Notes under the pieces: generated by a model
Told to the model about the DNA's origin: nothing
Database searches by the model: none
Seen by the model: the letters and a program-made list of their open reading frames with translations, nothing else
Source of the DNA: Gammaproteobacteria bacterium
Lineage (GTDB): Bacteria; Pseudomonadota; Gammaproteobacteria; GCA-002705445; GCA-002716945
Reading direction: 5' to 3'
Length of the DNA: 64,000 nucleotides
Assembly: GCA_016779485.1 (NCBI GenBank)
Contig: JADHNN010000001.1
Location: 90,931 to 154,930, forward strand
Shown: positions 39,259 through 49,351 of the stretch, one piece after another
Layout of the letters: each line of letters begins with the position of its first letter
Position numbering within the stretch: the stretch's first letter is position 1
Translations under genes and position numbers: made by a program

Positions 39259-40877
39259 TTAGGTTTTGAGAAGTACATTAGAGATGCCAATAATAGCAGA
39301 ACTTCTCCTTTATAGATATCAAGAAAACCTAGAGGTGCAATAAATATAATTACAAGAAGTATGGTAGAAAAATAAAAGTGATTTCTTATCTTGTTTGAAT
39401 TAAGTTTTTTTTCTATAACCTTCAACTGATCAAAGTTCTTTGTTAAATCTGAAGAGTTGCCACTGTAATGATTGGAGATTCTTCTGAAGAATGATGGTAT
39501 CTCTGGAATAATTTCTAAATAATCATCAAAATTATTTATGATTTTCTTTGCTATCACTTTCGGTCCTTTTTGTTCTTTCATCCATTGTTCTAAAATAGGT
39601 TTAGACGTTTTCCATAAATCTAATTCAGGATTGAATTCCCTACCTAAACCTTCAGTATAAAGCAGTGTCTTTTGCATCAAAATTAATTGTGGTTGGACTT
39701 CAAGTTTAAATCGTCTTGCTGTATCAAAAAGGCCTACGATGATGTCGCTGAGTGACACATCTTTTATTGGTTTATCTAGCATGCACTCACAGTTCTCTCT
39801 GATTGCGCTTTCTAGTGATGGTATGTTTGTATCTTTAGGTACCCACTCGCATTCAACATGAAGTCTAGCAACGCTAGCATAATCGCGATTGAAAAAAGCA
39901 ATGAAGTTTTCTGCTAGATATTTTTTATCAAATTCACTTAATGACCCCATTATCCCAAAGTCTACAAGCACAAATCTAAATGAGCCTTTATGTTTCTGTA
40001 TAAATATATTACCCGGATGCATGTCTGCATGAAAAAAGTTGTGCTCAAAAACTTGCACAAAAAATAATTCGACTGACTTCTCGGCTATCTCTGAAAACGG
40101 AATTCCTTGTTCAGATAGCTTCTTTTTATCATTTATAGGAGTTCCATATATTCTCTCCATAACCATTACTTTGTTAGTTAAGTAAGTACAGTGAACTGTA
40201 GGTATGTATATAAAATCAGAATTATGAAAGTTTTTACTAATTTGCTTGGCATTTGCAGCTTCTTTGATTAGATTTAACTCATCATAGATTACCATTTCAT
40301 AGTCATTCACTATATCTATCAAATGCATCCTTTTAAAATCGCTTGATAGACCATCTAAATAAGATGCAATTTTTTTCATTAAAGAAATATCTTGCATTAT
40401 TTTTGCTTTGATATCGGGCCTTACAACTTTGACGATAACATCCTCTCCTGTTCTAAGTTTGGCTGGATGTACCTGGGCTATTGATGCAGAAGCCATGGGC
40501 TTTGTTTGAAATGAAGAAAAAATATCTTTTGTATTTTGGCCCAATTCCTCTTCAATAATTTTTTTTGCAGTTGCTCCATCAAACGGCTTAACATGATCTT
40601 GTAATTTGGCAAGCTCTTTAGCTATTTCATCATTTAGTAAATCTTTTCTGGTAGATACCATCTGTCCAAGCTTCACAAATATAGGACCTAAGTCTTCGCA
40701 GATAAGTCGGATGTTCCTTGCTAAATCAATAGACTTATTAAATCTGATAAGATTCCATGGCAAAAGTAGGAATAAATATTTTTTATTCCCAATTCTGTTA
40801 GATCTCATCAAACATTTATCAATATCATATTTAAAGAATAAATATATTATTTTAAAAATTCTAAGAAGATTGCTCAT
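39255..40877 (-). CDS. ubiB: Ubiquinone biosynthesis regulatory kinase UbiB
   Basis: LGPIFVKLGQ, ASIAQVH, FFHADMHPGN, DFGI. Confidence 0.95.
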   Translation of the reverse strand: MSNLLRIFKIIYLFFKYDIDKCLMRSNRIGNKKYLFLLLPWNLIRFNKSIDLARNIRLICEDLGPIFVKLGQMVSTRKDLLNDEIAKELAKLQDHVKPFDGATAKKIIEEELGQNTKDIFSSFQTKPMASASIAQVHPAKLRTGEDVIVKVVRPDIKAKIMQDISLMKKIASYLDGLSSDFKRMHLIDIVNDYEMVIYDELNLIKEAANAKQISKNFHNSDFIYIPTVHCTYLTNKVMVMERIYGTPINDKKKLSEQGIPFSEIAEKSVELFFVQVFEHNFFHADMHPGNIFIQKHKGSFRFVLVDFGIMGSLSEFDKKYLAENFIAFFNRDYASVARLHVECEWVPKDTNIPSLESAIRENCECMLDKPIKDVSLSDIIVGLFDTARRFKLEVQPQLILMQKTLLYTEGLGREFNPELDLWKTSKPILEQWMKEQKGPKVIAKKIINNFDDYLEIIPEIPSFFRRISNHYSGNSSDLTKNFDQLKVIEKKLNSNKIRNHFYFSTILLVIIFIAPLGFLDIYKGEVLLLLASLMYFSKPK

Positions 40878-41443
40878 TTAATTTTAGCCATGAGCCTTTC
40901 AGTGCGACTTTTTATTTCATCAACTTGATCAATATAGTTATTAATATCCTCTTTGGTAGGAATTAAATCAATATCGTATTTCAAAAAATCTGATAGAGCA
41001 TCATTATTCTTTTTATTCGAGTCATCTATTTTTGATTTTATTGGATCTAAAATTGAAAACAATGTAGATGAAGATTTTTGACCAATTATCTCTACAATAA
41101 TATCTCTTAATATATCTGTTTCTTTAAATAACCCATTCAATGCATTTGCGGTCTCTACATCCCCGCTAATTTTAATTTTAGATGAGAGAAGTTCATTGCC
41201 GGTAGACGCATAAAGTATAAACGATGGTAATGAACCTGAAATTTCGACATCAACTTTATCTTGCATTTCAGATAATACTATATTGTCACTAGTAAAATTA
41301 AGGCATAGATCAAAATCAATATCATTAATATTAATTTTAATAGTTTTTTGGATTAGCTTATCTAGAATTAGATTATTGTATATTTTCTTTGCAGTATCAT
41401 TTTCTAAAATTTTATTAGCCCTTTGTATTATTTTGTCTTTCAT
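40874..41443 (-). CDS. ubiJ: Ubiquinone biosynthesis accessory factor UbiJ (SCP2 domain)
   Basis: IKISGDVE SCP2-like motif, C-terminal coiled coil, between ubiE and ubiB. Confidence 0.78.
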   Translation of the reverse strand: MKDKIIQRANKILENDTAKKIYNNLILDKLIQKTIKININDIDFDLCLNFTSDNIVLSEMQDKVDVEISGSLPSFILYASTGNELLSSKIKISGDVETANALNGLFKETDILRDIIVEIIGQKSSSTLFSILDPIKSKIDDSNKKNNDALSDFLKYDIDLIPTKEDINNYIDQVDEIKSRTERLMAKIK

Positions 41444-42174
41444 AACTTTTGTCCAATATGAATAGTTGCGACATCCTCAAGCAAGTTGACTATCCTTGTG
41501 TTGTCAAAACCTGCCTTACTAAGCATATCTTTTATTTCATTGGGTGAAAAGTATGTCTGAATAGATTCTGCTAAATATCTATAACTGTTTTCATCATCAG
41601 CAACAATTTTTCCTAACTTGGGAATAATATTTAATGTATAGAATTTAAATAATTTTGAATAAAGCTTACCTCTTGGCTTTTTAAAATCCATTATTAAAAA
41701 CATACCTCCAGGTTCCAATAATTTAAATATATTTTCCAATGCTTTTTTATGATCCGTAAAGTTTCTAAAGCCAAAAGCAACTGTTATCAAATCAAATGTT
41801 TGTTTTTTTGGTAAAAAGTTCTCTATACCATGAATTTGATAATTTATATCGACATGGCCTTTATTTATAAATTTCTGTTTACATATTTCAATCATGTCAG
41901 GGTTTGGATCTAAGCATGTCAAATCGATGTTTTGGTTTTCCTTATGCAGCAATATTGATATATCCCCAGTTCCGCAGGCAACATCTAAAACTTTTCTCTT
42001 TGATTGTACATTACATAGTTTTATAAATTGCTTTTTCCAAATTCTATGTAAACCAAAAGACATAAAATCATTCATTAAATCGTATCGATTTGATACAGAA
42101 CTAAAGATATTATTTACTTTATCAGGCTTTTCTGATTTTTCGATATCCTTATACCCGAATTTAGCTTTATCCAT
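41440..42174 (-). CDS. ubiE: Ubiquinone/menaquinone C-methyltransferase
   Basis: YDLMNDFMSFGLHR.WK, LDVACGTGD, AFGFRN, YRYLAESI. Confidence 0.95.
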   Translation of the reverse strand: MDKAKFGYKDIEKSEKPDKVNNIFSSVSNRYDLMNDFMSFGLHRIWKKQFIKLCNVQSKRKVLDVACGTGDISILLHKENQNIDLTCLDPNPDMIEICKQKFINKGHVDINYQIHGIENFLPKKQTFDLITVAFGFRNFTDHKKALENIFKLLEPGGMFLIMDFKKPRGKLYSKLFKFYTLNIIPKLGKIVADDENSYRYLAESIQTYFSPNEIKDMLSKAGFDNTRIVNLLEDVATIHIGQKL

Positions 42175-42176
42175 GA

Positions 42177-44303
42177 TTAACTTCTTTTTCTTTCTGCTTT
42201 ATATACATTTTTTATTTTCTTAATTTTATCTATTAGTTTCTTTACCTGATTCGTATTTTTTACGGAAACTACGATTAACATAGTATTATGTCCTGTATCA
42301 TGACTATCAGTATAGTTCACACTCTCTATATTATGGTTGTTTTGAGCGATGACTGATGAAACTTGTGCCAAAACACCTCTTTCATTTTCTACTTCTATAA
42401 TAATAGATGCGCTGAAATTATTATCAACGTTTTCACTCCACCTTAACTCAATATTATCATCATTTGGTTTAGTGTGTTTGATACTCTTACAACTGCTTCT
42501 GTGAACTACTATGCCTTTACCTTGGCTGACATAACCAATAATCATATCTCCAGGAATAGGATGACAACATTTTGCATAAGATATTACCAAACCTTCGGAA
42601 CCTTCAATGTCATATGCAATACTATTATTTTTTTTCTTGAATGAAGGTGCCATTCTCAAAGCTATAAGTTTTGGTATTTTGTTGCCTAAGCCTATTTCTT
42701 TGAAAAGTTCATCAATAGTATTATATTTGAGTTCTGATAATATGAATTCTAATGTCTTTTTGGGAACATCATCAATCGATACTTCAAGTTCTTCCAATGA
42801 GGTCTTAAGAAGTTTTCTCCCAAGTTTAATTGCATCAGTGTCATGCATATTTCTAAGATAATTTCTAATTGATGTTCTTGCTTTAACAGAAACGACAAAA
42901 TTTAACCATGCTGGATCTGGTTTAGAGACTTCTGATTTTATTATTATAATTCTTTGTCCATTTTTCAAAATTGTATCTGGCGGCTTAAATTGTCCATCAA
43001 CAGTTCCTTTTAAGTATTTATTTCCTAAGTCAGTATGAATTGAGTAGGCAAAATCTATCAAAGTTGATTTTTTAGGCAACTCTATAATTTGCCCCTTTGA
43101 TGAGAAAACATAAACCTTACCAGGATTCAAATCCTCTTTAATACTCCCCAAAAGTTCTCTTGGATCGCCAGCTTGTTTTTGTATATCCAGAAGATTATTT
43201 AACCATTGCTGCTCCCTTGATAATTTAGAGATAGATGTTTTCGATTTATATACCCAGTGTGCCGCAATACCAGATTGTGCTAAATTATTCATGTCATTGG
43301 TTCTAATCTGAAACTCCATGGGTAAATTATGAGGACCAAGAACTGCTGTATGCAATGATTGATAGCCATTTGATTTTGGTATTGCAATATAGTCTTTAAA
43401 TCTTCCTGGAATCGGCTTATAAAGATTATGAATACAACCTAGTGCTCGATAACATAAATCTACTGATTCAGTAATAATGCGTACACCAAAAATGTCATGA
43501 ATTTGAGAAAATTTTAATTCTTTTGATTTCATTTTTTTGTATATACCATAAGCATGCTTTTCTCTTGCTCTTGTTTGACTTTTAATAGATTCGGAATTGA
43601 GTTTTTTAGTAACTTCAGACTGTGTTTTAGTCATCAATAACTTTCTGTTTCCACGTGCTTTATCAATATTCGCAATAAGTATTGAGTGCCTGAGGGGATA
43701 ATAGGTCTGAAAAGATAAATTTTCTAATTCTTTAGATAAATTATGAATTCCTAATCTTAGAGCTAGCGGTGCATAAATCTCAAGCGTTTCTCTAGCAATT
43801 CTTTTTGCTTTATGCTTACTAAGAACACCTATTGTAGTAAGATTATGACGTCTATCAGCTAACTTAATTAATAACACTCTTATGTCATTGCTCATTGCTA
43901 GAATCATTTTCCTTAAGTTTGCGGCATCAGCCTCTTCTTTGGAATTAAAATTGATCTTATCTAATTTACTGACCCCATCAACAAGTTCAGCAACTTTCTT
44001 TCCAAAAGTTCTTCCTAAATTTTCTAAACTTATTTCAGTATCCTCAACAACATCATGGAGTATTGCTGCCATAATAGTCTCATGGTCAAGCTCATAATCC
44101 GCTAAATAGGCTGCTGCATTAAGCGGATGGTTTATGTAATTTTCTCCAGATTTTCTTTTCTGACCATGATGTGCATCTTTAGCAACATTGTATGCTTTTT
44201 CAATTTTTTTAATTTGATATGAGTTTAGATATTTTTGGATACTTTTCTTAAACTTAGCAAATGTAATATCTTCATTGTTTTTTGATTTTCTAGGAACTGC
44301 CAT
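42177..44303 (-). CDS. spoT: Bifunctional (p)ppGpp synthetase/hydrolase
   Basis: HGQKRKSGE, LHDVVED (intact HD), KDYIAIPKSNGYQSLHT, TGS and ACT domains; gmk-rpoZ-spoT synteny. Confidence 0.95.
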   Translation of the reverse strand: MAVPRKSKNNEDITFAKFKKSIQKYLNSYQIKKIEKAYNVAKDAHHGQKRKSGENYINHPLNAAAYLADYELDHETIMAAILHDVVEDTEISLENLGRTFGKKVAELVDGVSKLDKINFNSKEEADAANLRKMILAMSNDIRVLLIKLADRRHNLTTIGVLSKHKAKRIARETLEIYAPLALRLGIHNLSKELENLSFQTYYPLRHSILIANIDKARGNRKLLMTKTQSEVTKKLNSESIKSQTRAREKHAYGIYKKMKSKELKFSQIHDIFGVRIITESVDLCYRALGCIHNLYKPIPGRFKDYIAIPKSNGYQSLHTAVLGPHNLPMEFQIRTNDMNNLAQSGIAAHWVYKSKTSISKLSREQQWLNNLLDIQKQAGDPRELLGSIKEDLNPGKVYVFSSKGQIIELPKKSTLIDFAYSIHTDLGNKYLKGTVDGQFKPPDTILKNGQRIIIIKSEVSKPDPAWLNFVVSVKARTSIRNYLRNMHDTDAIKLGRKLLKTSLEELEVSIDDVPKKTLEFILSELKYNTIDELFKEIGLGNKIPKLIALRMAPSFKKKNNSIAYDIEGSEGLVISYAKCCHPIPGDMIIGYVSQGKGIVVHRSSCKSIKHTKPNDDNIELRWSENVDNNFSASIIIEVENERGVLAQVSSVIAQNNHNIESVNYTDSHDTGHNTMLIVVSVKNTNQVKKLIDKIKKIKNVYKAERKRS

Positions 44304-44321
44304 ATGCCTAGAATAAGATTT

Positions 44322-44711
44322 TTAAACTGATTTGTCTTCAGTATTTTCTGATGTGTCTACTACGTCATCCTGTGCGATAACAGGCTCATTTGATTGAGTT
44401 ACTTCTGAAGGACTGGTATTTTCTTGATTCAGTTGCTGAGTTTCAGCTGCTATATCTGCTATAGCTTCTTCTTCAGCTATTGCATCAGATAGCTGATCCT
44501 CAATTTTCTGTTTCCTACGAGTTTCGAAATATGTCATATCGATTAAACCTTCAGCAATCTCTTTTAGTGCCACAACAGTTGGTTTACCTTGATATTCGAT
44601 TTTTGGTTCTGAGCCATCTAGAAGGTCCTTAGCTCTCTGACTTGCGAGAGACACTATATCATAAGAATTATCTATCCTTTTTAAACAGTCTTCTATAGTC
44701 ACTCTAGCCAT
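44322..44711 (-). CDS. rpoZ: RNA polymerase omega subunit with long acidic C-terminal tail
   Basis: MARVTIEDC...KPTVVALKEIAEG; start trimmed to 44711. Confidence 0.93.
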   Translation of the reverse strand: MARVTIEDCLKRIDNSYDIVSLASQRAKDLLDGSEPKIEYQGKPTVVALKEIAEGLIDMTYFETRRKQKIEDQLSDAIAEEEAIADIAAETQQLNQENTSPSEVTQSNEPVIAQDDVVDTSENTEDKSV

Positions 44712-44740
44712 GGAATCAGAGTATATCAGAATATTACTAC

Positions 44741-45343
44741 CTAGCAAGATTCAAAATAGCTATTTAGTCTACTTATAGTAGTGTTTTGGAAAATTTTTTG
44801 ATAAAGGATTAATGACTTTAGAGAACTTAAAGCTATATCATAATCATCATTAACTATAGTGAAATCTGAAAATCTGCTAAATTTGAGTTCATTCTCAGCG
44901 TTTGAGATTCTTTTATTAATTACTTCTTTCGTGTCTAATCCTCTGTCAATGAGCCTATTTTTTAATTCCTTTAATGTAGGAGGAAGTATATATATTGATA
45001 TTGCACTTGGGATTTGTTTTTTTATTTTGATCATGCCTTTATGATCTATTTCTAAGATAGCATCGTTTCCTGAATTTACTATATTTCTGATTGAATTGTA
45101 TGTTGTACCGTAATAATTATCATAAACTAATTCATGTTCTATGAATTCTCTGTTATTAATCTTGGCCTTAAAAGTTGCTTGGTCAACAAAGTGATAATCT
45201 ATTCCATCTATCTCACCCTTTCGCATCTTTCTAGTTGTACACGAGATTGTTAATTCAAGGAAATCATAAATACGCGATATATCTCTTACTAGAGAAGTCT
45301 TTCCACATCCAGAAGGTGCGCTTATAATAAAAATATTCGACAT
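44741..45343 (-). CDS. gmk: Guanylate kinase
   Basis: SAPSGCGKT, TTR, GIDYHF, YYGT. Confidence 0.95.
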   Translation of the reverse strand: MSNIFIISAPSGCGKTSLVRDISRIYDFLELTISCTTRKMRKGEIDGIDYHFVDQATFKAKINNREFIEHELVYDNYYGTTYNSIRNIVNSGNDAILEIDHKGMIKIKKQIPSAISIYILPPTLKELKNRLIDRGLDTKEVINKRISNAENELKFSRFSDFTIVNDDYDIALSSLKSLILYQKIFQNTTISRLNSYFESC

Positions 45344-45398
45344 ATATCCTGTTAAATTAGAAATTCATAGTTTATCATAAGTTTTAAGGGAGAGGTAA

Positions 45399-46061
45399 AT
45401 GGGTGATCCATGGAAGTCAATAACACCTAAAGGTGTACAAGCATTTGTGAACGCAACTATTGCTACAATTATAGTATGGCTGACTGTAGAGAATCATATA
45501 TCTATGATTATCGAGCAGCTAGCACTCCTTTTGCCATCCCAAACTTTTGCACTACTTATATATTATCTAATTGCGATTATAGTTTTATATAAACTTCTCT
45601 ATAAAAGAAGTGCTTATGATGTCAATGAAAAAAGAGCTACTAAGTATGCTGTTTTGACAATGCTATTAATCTGGGTCACCTGGGAAGGTTATCTCCAATT
45701 CATAGTGACACTTCTTGGTATGGTTGGCATATTTCCATCGCTAGCGAATTCTCTAGTTATTGGCACTGTGGTATTTACAGTTTTTATAACTGTATATTAT
45801 GGCTTGCACGGAAAGTATTTCACCACCCTCATGTTGGAGCACATGCCATGGGTAATTGCTCCAGATAAATTTCTACCTTTCTTTTGGTTGTGGATCAATG
45901 CAATTATGGCTGGCTTGCTGAATGCATTTGATGTTAATGCCTTTTGGTATTTTGTTGATTTATTCTTCATTTTTCTATTACCATCCTTATTTATCGGCAC
46001 CAAAGTACAAGAAAAGCACGGTCTAAGGATACAGAAAAAAGATGATTATTTTGACGAATAA
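45399..46061 (+). CDS. Hypothetical polytopic membrane protein (about 6 TM)
   Basis: 220-aa ORF filling the gap, strong RBS GGGAGAGG, multiple hydrophobic helices; family not recognised. Confidence 0.75.
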   Translation: MGDPWKSITPKGVQAFVNATIATIIVWLTVENHISMIIEQLALLLPSQTFALLIYYLIAIIVLYKLLYKRSAYDVNEKRATKYAVLTMLLIWVTWEGYLQFIVTLLGMVGIFPSLANSLVIGTVVFTVFITVYYGLHGKYFTTLMLEHMPWVIAPDKFLPFFWLWINAIMAGLLNAFDVNAFWYFVDLFFIFLLPSLFIGTKVQEKHGLRIQKKDDYFDE

Positions 46062-46063
46062 AT

Positions 46064-46396
46064 CTACTTACGATATTTATCAGGAATAATATCAATACCC
46101 AGTTTCTCTCCTGCTTTTACAATAAAGGCAATAGCAAGTAATCCACCAGGAAGGGCAAACACTCCAGCAAGCCCCAGTCCTTTTAGTAAGTCAGAAAATT
46201 GCTTGTTTGCTTGTTCAAGTTCCTCCTTAGTAATAGATTCATTATCTGTGATATATTTTTGATAAATCCTCAACATTTCATTAGATTCTCTTGTCTCGTT
46301 AGTAAGGATTGACTGAATCCTTGTTAGTGCTAATTTGATGTTTTTATTACCATCAATAATACTAGAGTAGATTTTATTGAAAATATTAATATCCAT
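46064..46396 (-). CDS. Small protein resembling bacterial LETM1-like proteins
   Basis: EELEQANKQFSDLLKGLGLAGVFALPGG motif; family call tentative. Confidence 0.6.
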   Translation of the reverse strand: MDINIFNKIYSSIIDGNKNIKLALTRIQSILTNETRESNEMLRIYQKYITDNESITKEELEQANKQFSDLLKGLGLAGVFALPGGLLAIAFIVKAGEKLGIDIIPDKYRK

Positions 46397-46439
46397 AAGT
46401 CATAGTGTTGAAAAAGTTTTTAATTGTATACAATGTAGT

Positions 46440-46901
46440 ATGAGAAATTTAATATTACTAGTCATATTCAGCACAGTTTGTTTTTTAACTCTAGCAGATG
46501 ATAGAGGATTTACACATTACAAAAAGGGTGAATTTAATAAAGCGTTAAAGATATGGACTGAAGAAGCTGATAATGGCGAGGCAAATGCCATTTATAATAT
46601 AGGCCTATTATACTTTTCCGGTAATGGTGTAAGTAAAGATTTGTCAATTGCTTATAATTATTGCAAAAAGGCTGCTTTAAAAGGACTGGCAAGGGCTCAA
46701 AATAATTTAGCTTATATGTACCTGAACGGAATGGGGACAAATAAAGATTATGTGAAATCGTATGCCTGGTCATTAATTGCAATAAAGCAAGGATATAATT
46801 CTCAAGGAATTAAAGATAATGCTAAAATAAATCTTACACCTGCAATGTTAATTGATGCAGAAAGATTAGCTAATGAGATGATAAAGGAAATTAAGAAATG
46901 A
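46440..46901 (+). CDS. Secreted Sel1-repeat protein
   Basis: Signal peptide; YNIGLLYFSGNGV and AQNNLAYMYLNGMG repeats. Confidence 0.87.
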   Translation: MRNLILLVIFSTVCFLTLADDRGFTHYKKGEFNKALKIWTEEADNGEANAIYNIGLLYFSGNGVSKDLSIAYNYCKKAALKGLARAQNNLAYMYLNGMGTNKDYVKSYAWSLIAIKQGYNSQGIKDNAKINLTPAMLIDAERLANEMIKEIKK

Positions 46902-47269
46902 ATGATTCAATTGAAATTAATGTGGAAACTACATACCTAAGTAGTGAATCAAATCCGAAAGAAAATAAATACTATTTCTTATATACAGTATTAATAAAAA
47001 ATAAAGGTAATAAAAAAGCAAAGTTATTATCAAGACATTGGATTATAAGAGACGATAATGGAAAAGTTCAAGACGTAAAAGGTGAAGGAGTTATAGGAGA
47101 ACAACCTGATATTAGTCCGGGTGATGAATTTCAGTACACTAGTGGTACAATGATAGAGACATCTCTAGGTACAATGAAAGGCAGTTATCATATGATTGAT
47201 GACGAGGATAATTATTTCGATGCTGTAATACCAGAATTTGTTCTTTCAATACCAAGAATTATTCATTGA
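46898..47269 (+). CDS. apaG: ApaG protein
   Basis: LLSRHWII, VKGEGVIGEQP, YTSG, GTMKGSY. Confidence 0.95.
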   Translation: MNDSIEINVETTYLSSESNPKENKYYFLYTVLIKNKGNKKAKLLSRHWIIRDDNGKVQDVKGEGVIGEQPDISPGDEFQYTSGTMIETSLGTMKGSYHMIDDEDNYFDAVIPEFVLSIPRIIH

Positions 47270-47745
47270 GATTTAAATGTAAGATATGAATAAGAAAACT
47301 TGTTTTCTATGTCGTAATTTCTTGTTTCATCAATAAGACGCCATTTTCTTTTATCAAATTTTGGGAAAAACGTATCGCCCTCAAAATCCTTATGGATTAT
47401 TGTTAATAATAAATACTGACTATATTCCATGGCAACCTCATAAATTTTTGATCCACCTATAATAAAAATATCCTTGTCTGGTTTACATGCCTTAAGCGCA
47501 TCATTGAAGTTAGAAGCTATAAGCGCATCTTTAATTTTTAGATTTTTATTTTTTGAAATGATGATATTTGTTCTTTTTTCTAGAATTTTACCAATTGAAT
47601 CAAATGTTTTTCTTCCCATGATTACATTATGATTAAGCGTGATGTGTTTGAAGCGTTTTAATTCTCCTTTTATAAACCATGGTATTTCCCCATTACTTCC
47701 AATTATATAGTTAGAACTCAAAGCTGAAATTATCTTGATAGTCAT
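47263..47745 (-). CDS. folA: Dihydrofolate reductase
   Basis: IPW, IMGRKTFDSIG, IIGG, GDTFFP; follows thyA. Confidence 0.95.
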   Translation of the reverse strand: MTIKIISALSSNYIIGSNGEIPWFIKGELKRFKHITLNHNVIMGRKTFDSIGKILEKRTNIIISKNKNLKIKDALIASNFNDALKACKPDKDIFIIGGSKIYEVAMEYSQYLLLTIIHKDFEGDTFFPKFDKRKWRLIDETRNYDIENKFSYSYLTFKSQ

Positions 47746-47751
47746 TTTACT

Positions 47752-48546
47752 TTAAACTGAAACTGGGGCCTTGATATGATCGTAAGGATTATAATTGATT
47801 AATTTAATGTCGTCGTGCTGATAAGAGAAAATATTGTCCCGATTATTTAATATCTTTATGATTGGTAAATCATGCGGTGTTCTCCCCAGTTGCAACTTTG
47901 CTTGTTCAATATGGTTAACGTATAAATGAGCGTCGCCTATAGTATGAATGAAGTCTCCTAATTCAAAATCCAATGTCTTTGCAATCATAATCGTGAGAAG
48001 AGAGTATGACGCTATATTAAAAGGTACACCTAGAAAAACATCTGCGCTTCTCTGATAAAGTTGACATGATAGCCTGTTGTCTATTACATAAAACTGAAAT
48101 AGGGCATGGCATGGAGGGAGCTTCATTTTATTTAAGTCTCCAACGTTCCATGCAGAAACAATGTGTCTCCTTGAGTCAGGATTATTTTTAAGGGAGTCTA
48201 TCAAATTTTTAATTTGATCAATCTCATTTCCGTCTGAGTCTAGCCATGATCTCCATTGAACTCCATATACTCTTCCTAACTCACCATTTTCATCTGCCCA
48301 TTCATCCCAAATACTGACATTATTATCTTTTAGATATCTTATATTTGAATCTCCTTTAAGAAACCATAAAAGTTCATATACAACAGAAGGGAAGTGAATT
48401 TTTTTAGTTGTAACCAAAGGGAATCCATCTTGTAAATTAAATCTCATTTGGTGGCCAAAATAAGATAGAGTTCCGGTGCCAGTCCTGTCATCTTTATTAG
48501 AGCCTTCATCTAATATTTTTTGTAGTAGATCTAAATATTGTTTCAT
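47752..48546 (-). CDS. thyA: Thymidylate synthase
   Basis: [26 protein letters not shown]. Confidence 0.97.
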   Translation of the reverse strand: MKQYLDLLQKILDEGSNKDDRTGTGTLSYFGHQMRFNLQDGFPLVTTKKIHFPSVVYELLWFLKGDSNIRYLKDNNVSIWDEWADENGELGRVYGVQWRSWLDSDGNEIDQIKNLIDSLKNNPDSRRHIVSAWNVGDLNKMKLPPCHALFQFYVIDNRLSCQLYQRSADVFLGVPFNIASYSLLTIMIAKTLDFELGDFIHTIGDAHLYVNHIEQAKLQLGRTPHDLPIIKILNNRDNIFSYQHDDIKLINYNPYDHIKAPVSV

Positions 48547-49316
48547 GCTGATTTTCTAAAAATTAATATAGTTCCTAAGATAAACATAGGAATAGTTAAT
48601 AAATGTCCCATAGTAACCCAATCATAATAGATATAACCAATATGTGCATCCGGCAATCTTATAAACTCTACTCCAAATCTAAATATTGCATAGAATATTA
48701 AAAAATAACCTGTAATGAGACCAGCTTTTATTTTTTTCTGTCGAACAACCATTAAAATTATAAAAAGAATAATACCTTCTAGAAAAGCTTCATAAAGCAT
48801 AGTTGGGTGCCTAAGGTTATTGTCAACCGATGGGAAAATTACGCCCCATGATCCCGATGTTTGAATCCCATACAGTTCTGCATTTATAAAATTACCTAAT
48901 CTACCAAAAAATAAACCTATAGGTGCATATAATGAAATTAAATCTGATACGTCGAAAAATTCTAAATCATTAGTTTTAGCAAAATATAGTGTACCTAATG
49001 CTGCTCCTAGAAGTCCTCCATGAAAAGACATTCCACCTTCCCAAATAGAAAATATATTAATTATATTCATAGAGAAGTAATCAAAATCATAGAAAAATAC
49101 ATAACCAAGTCTTCCTCCTAAAATGGCAAAAAGAAGAATAGTTATTGTAAATTTTTCAGCCTGGTTTTTATTTAAGACATTTTTTTTATTTTTTGATTCT
49201 GAAACAATTAAATAGTCTATAATGATGAATGACAAAGCATACATAAATCCATACCAATAAAGTTTAATTGAAAAGATTTCAAACATAACCGGATTAATAT
49301 TATGAATATATGTCAT
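48543..49316 (-). CDS. lgt: Prolipoprotein diacylglyceryl transferase
   Basis: [36 protein letters not shown]. Confidence 0.95.
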   Translation of the reverse strand: MTYIHNINPVMFEIFSIKLYWYGFMYALSFIIIDYLIVSESKNKKNVLNKNQAEKFTITILLFAILGGRLGYVFFYDFDYFSMNIINIFSIWEGGMSFHGGLLGAALGTLYFAKTNDLEFFDVSDLISLYAPIGLFFGRLGNFINAELYGIQTSGSWGVIFPSVDNNLRHPTMLYEAFLEGIILFIILMVVRQKKIKAGLITGYFLIFYAIFRFGVEFIRLPDAHIGYIYYDWVTMGHLLTIPMFILGTILIFRKSA

Positions 49317-49351
49317 GAGACTATAGATTATAACAGTAACGATAAACTTAA

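Noticed and set aside
44322-44520. Acidic low-complexity tail on RpoZ
   Set aside because: Extended acidic omega tails are known in many proteobacteria; no separate domain is evident.
45399-46061. Possible microbial rhodopsin (size, multi-TM, YxxD in the last helix)
   Set aside because: No DxxxK retinal-binding lysine (reads DLFFI), no RYxDW-like helix C motif, and probably 6 rather than 7 helices.
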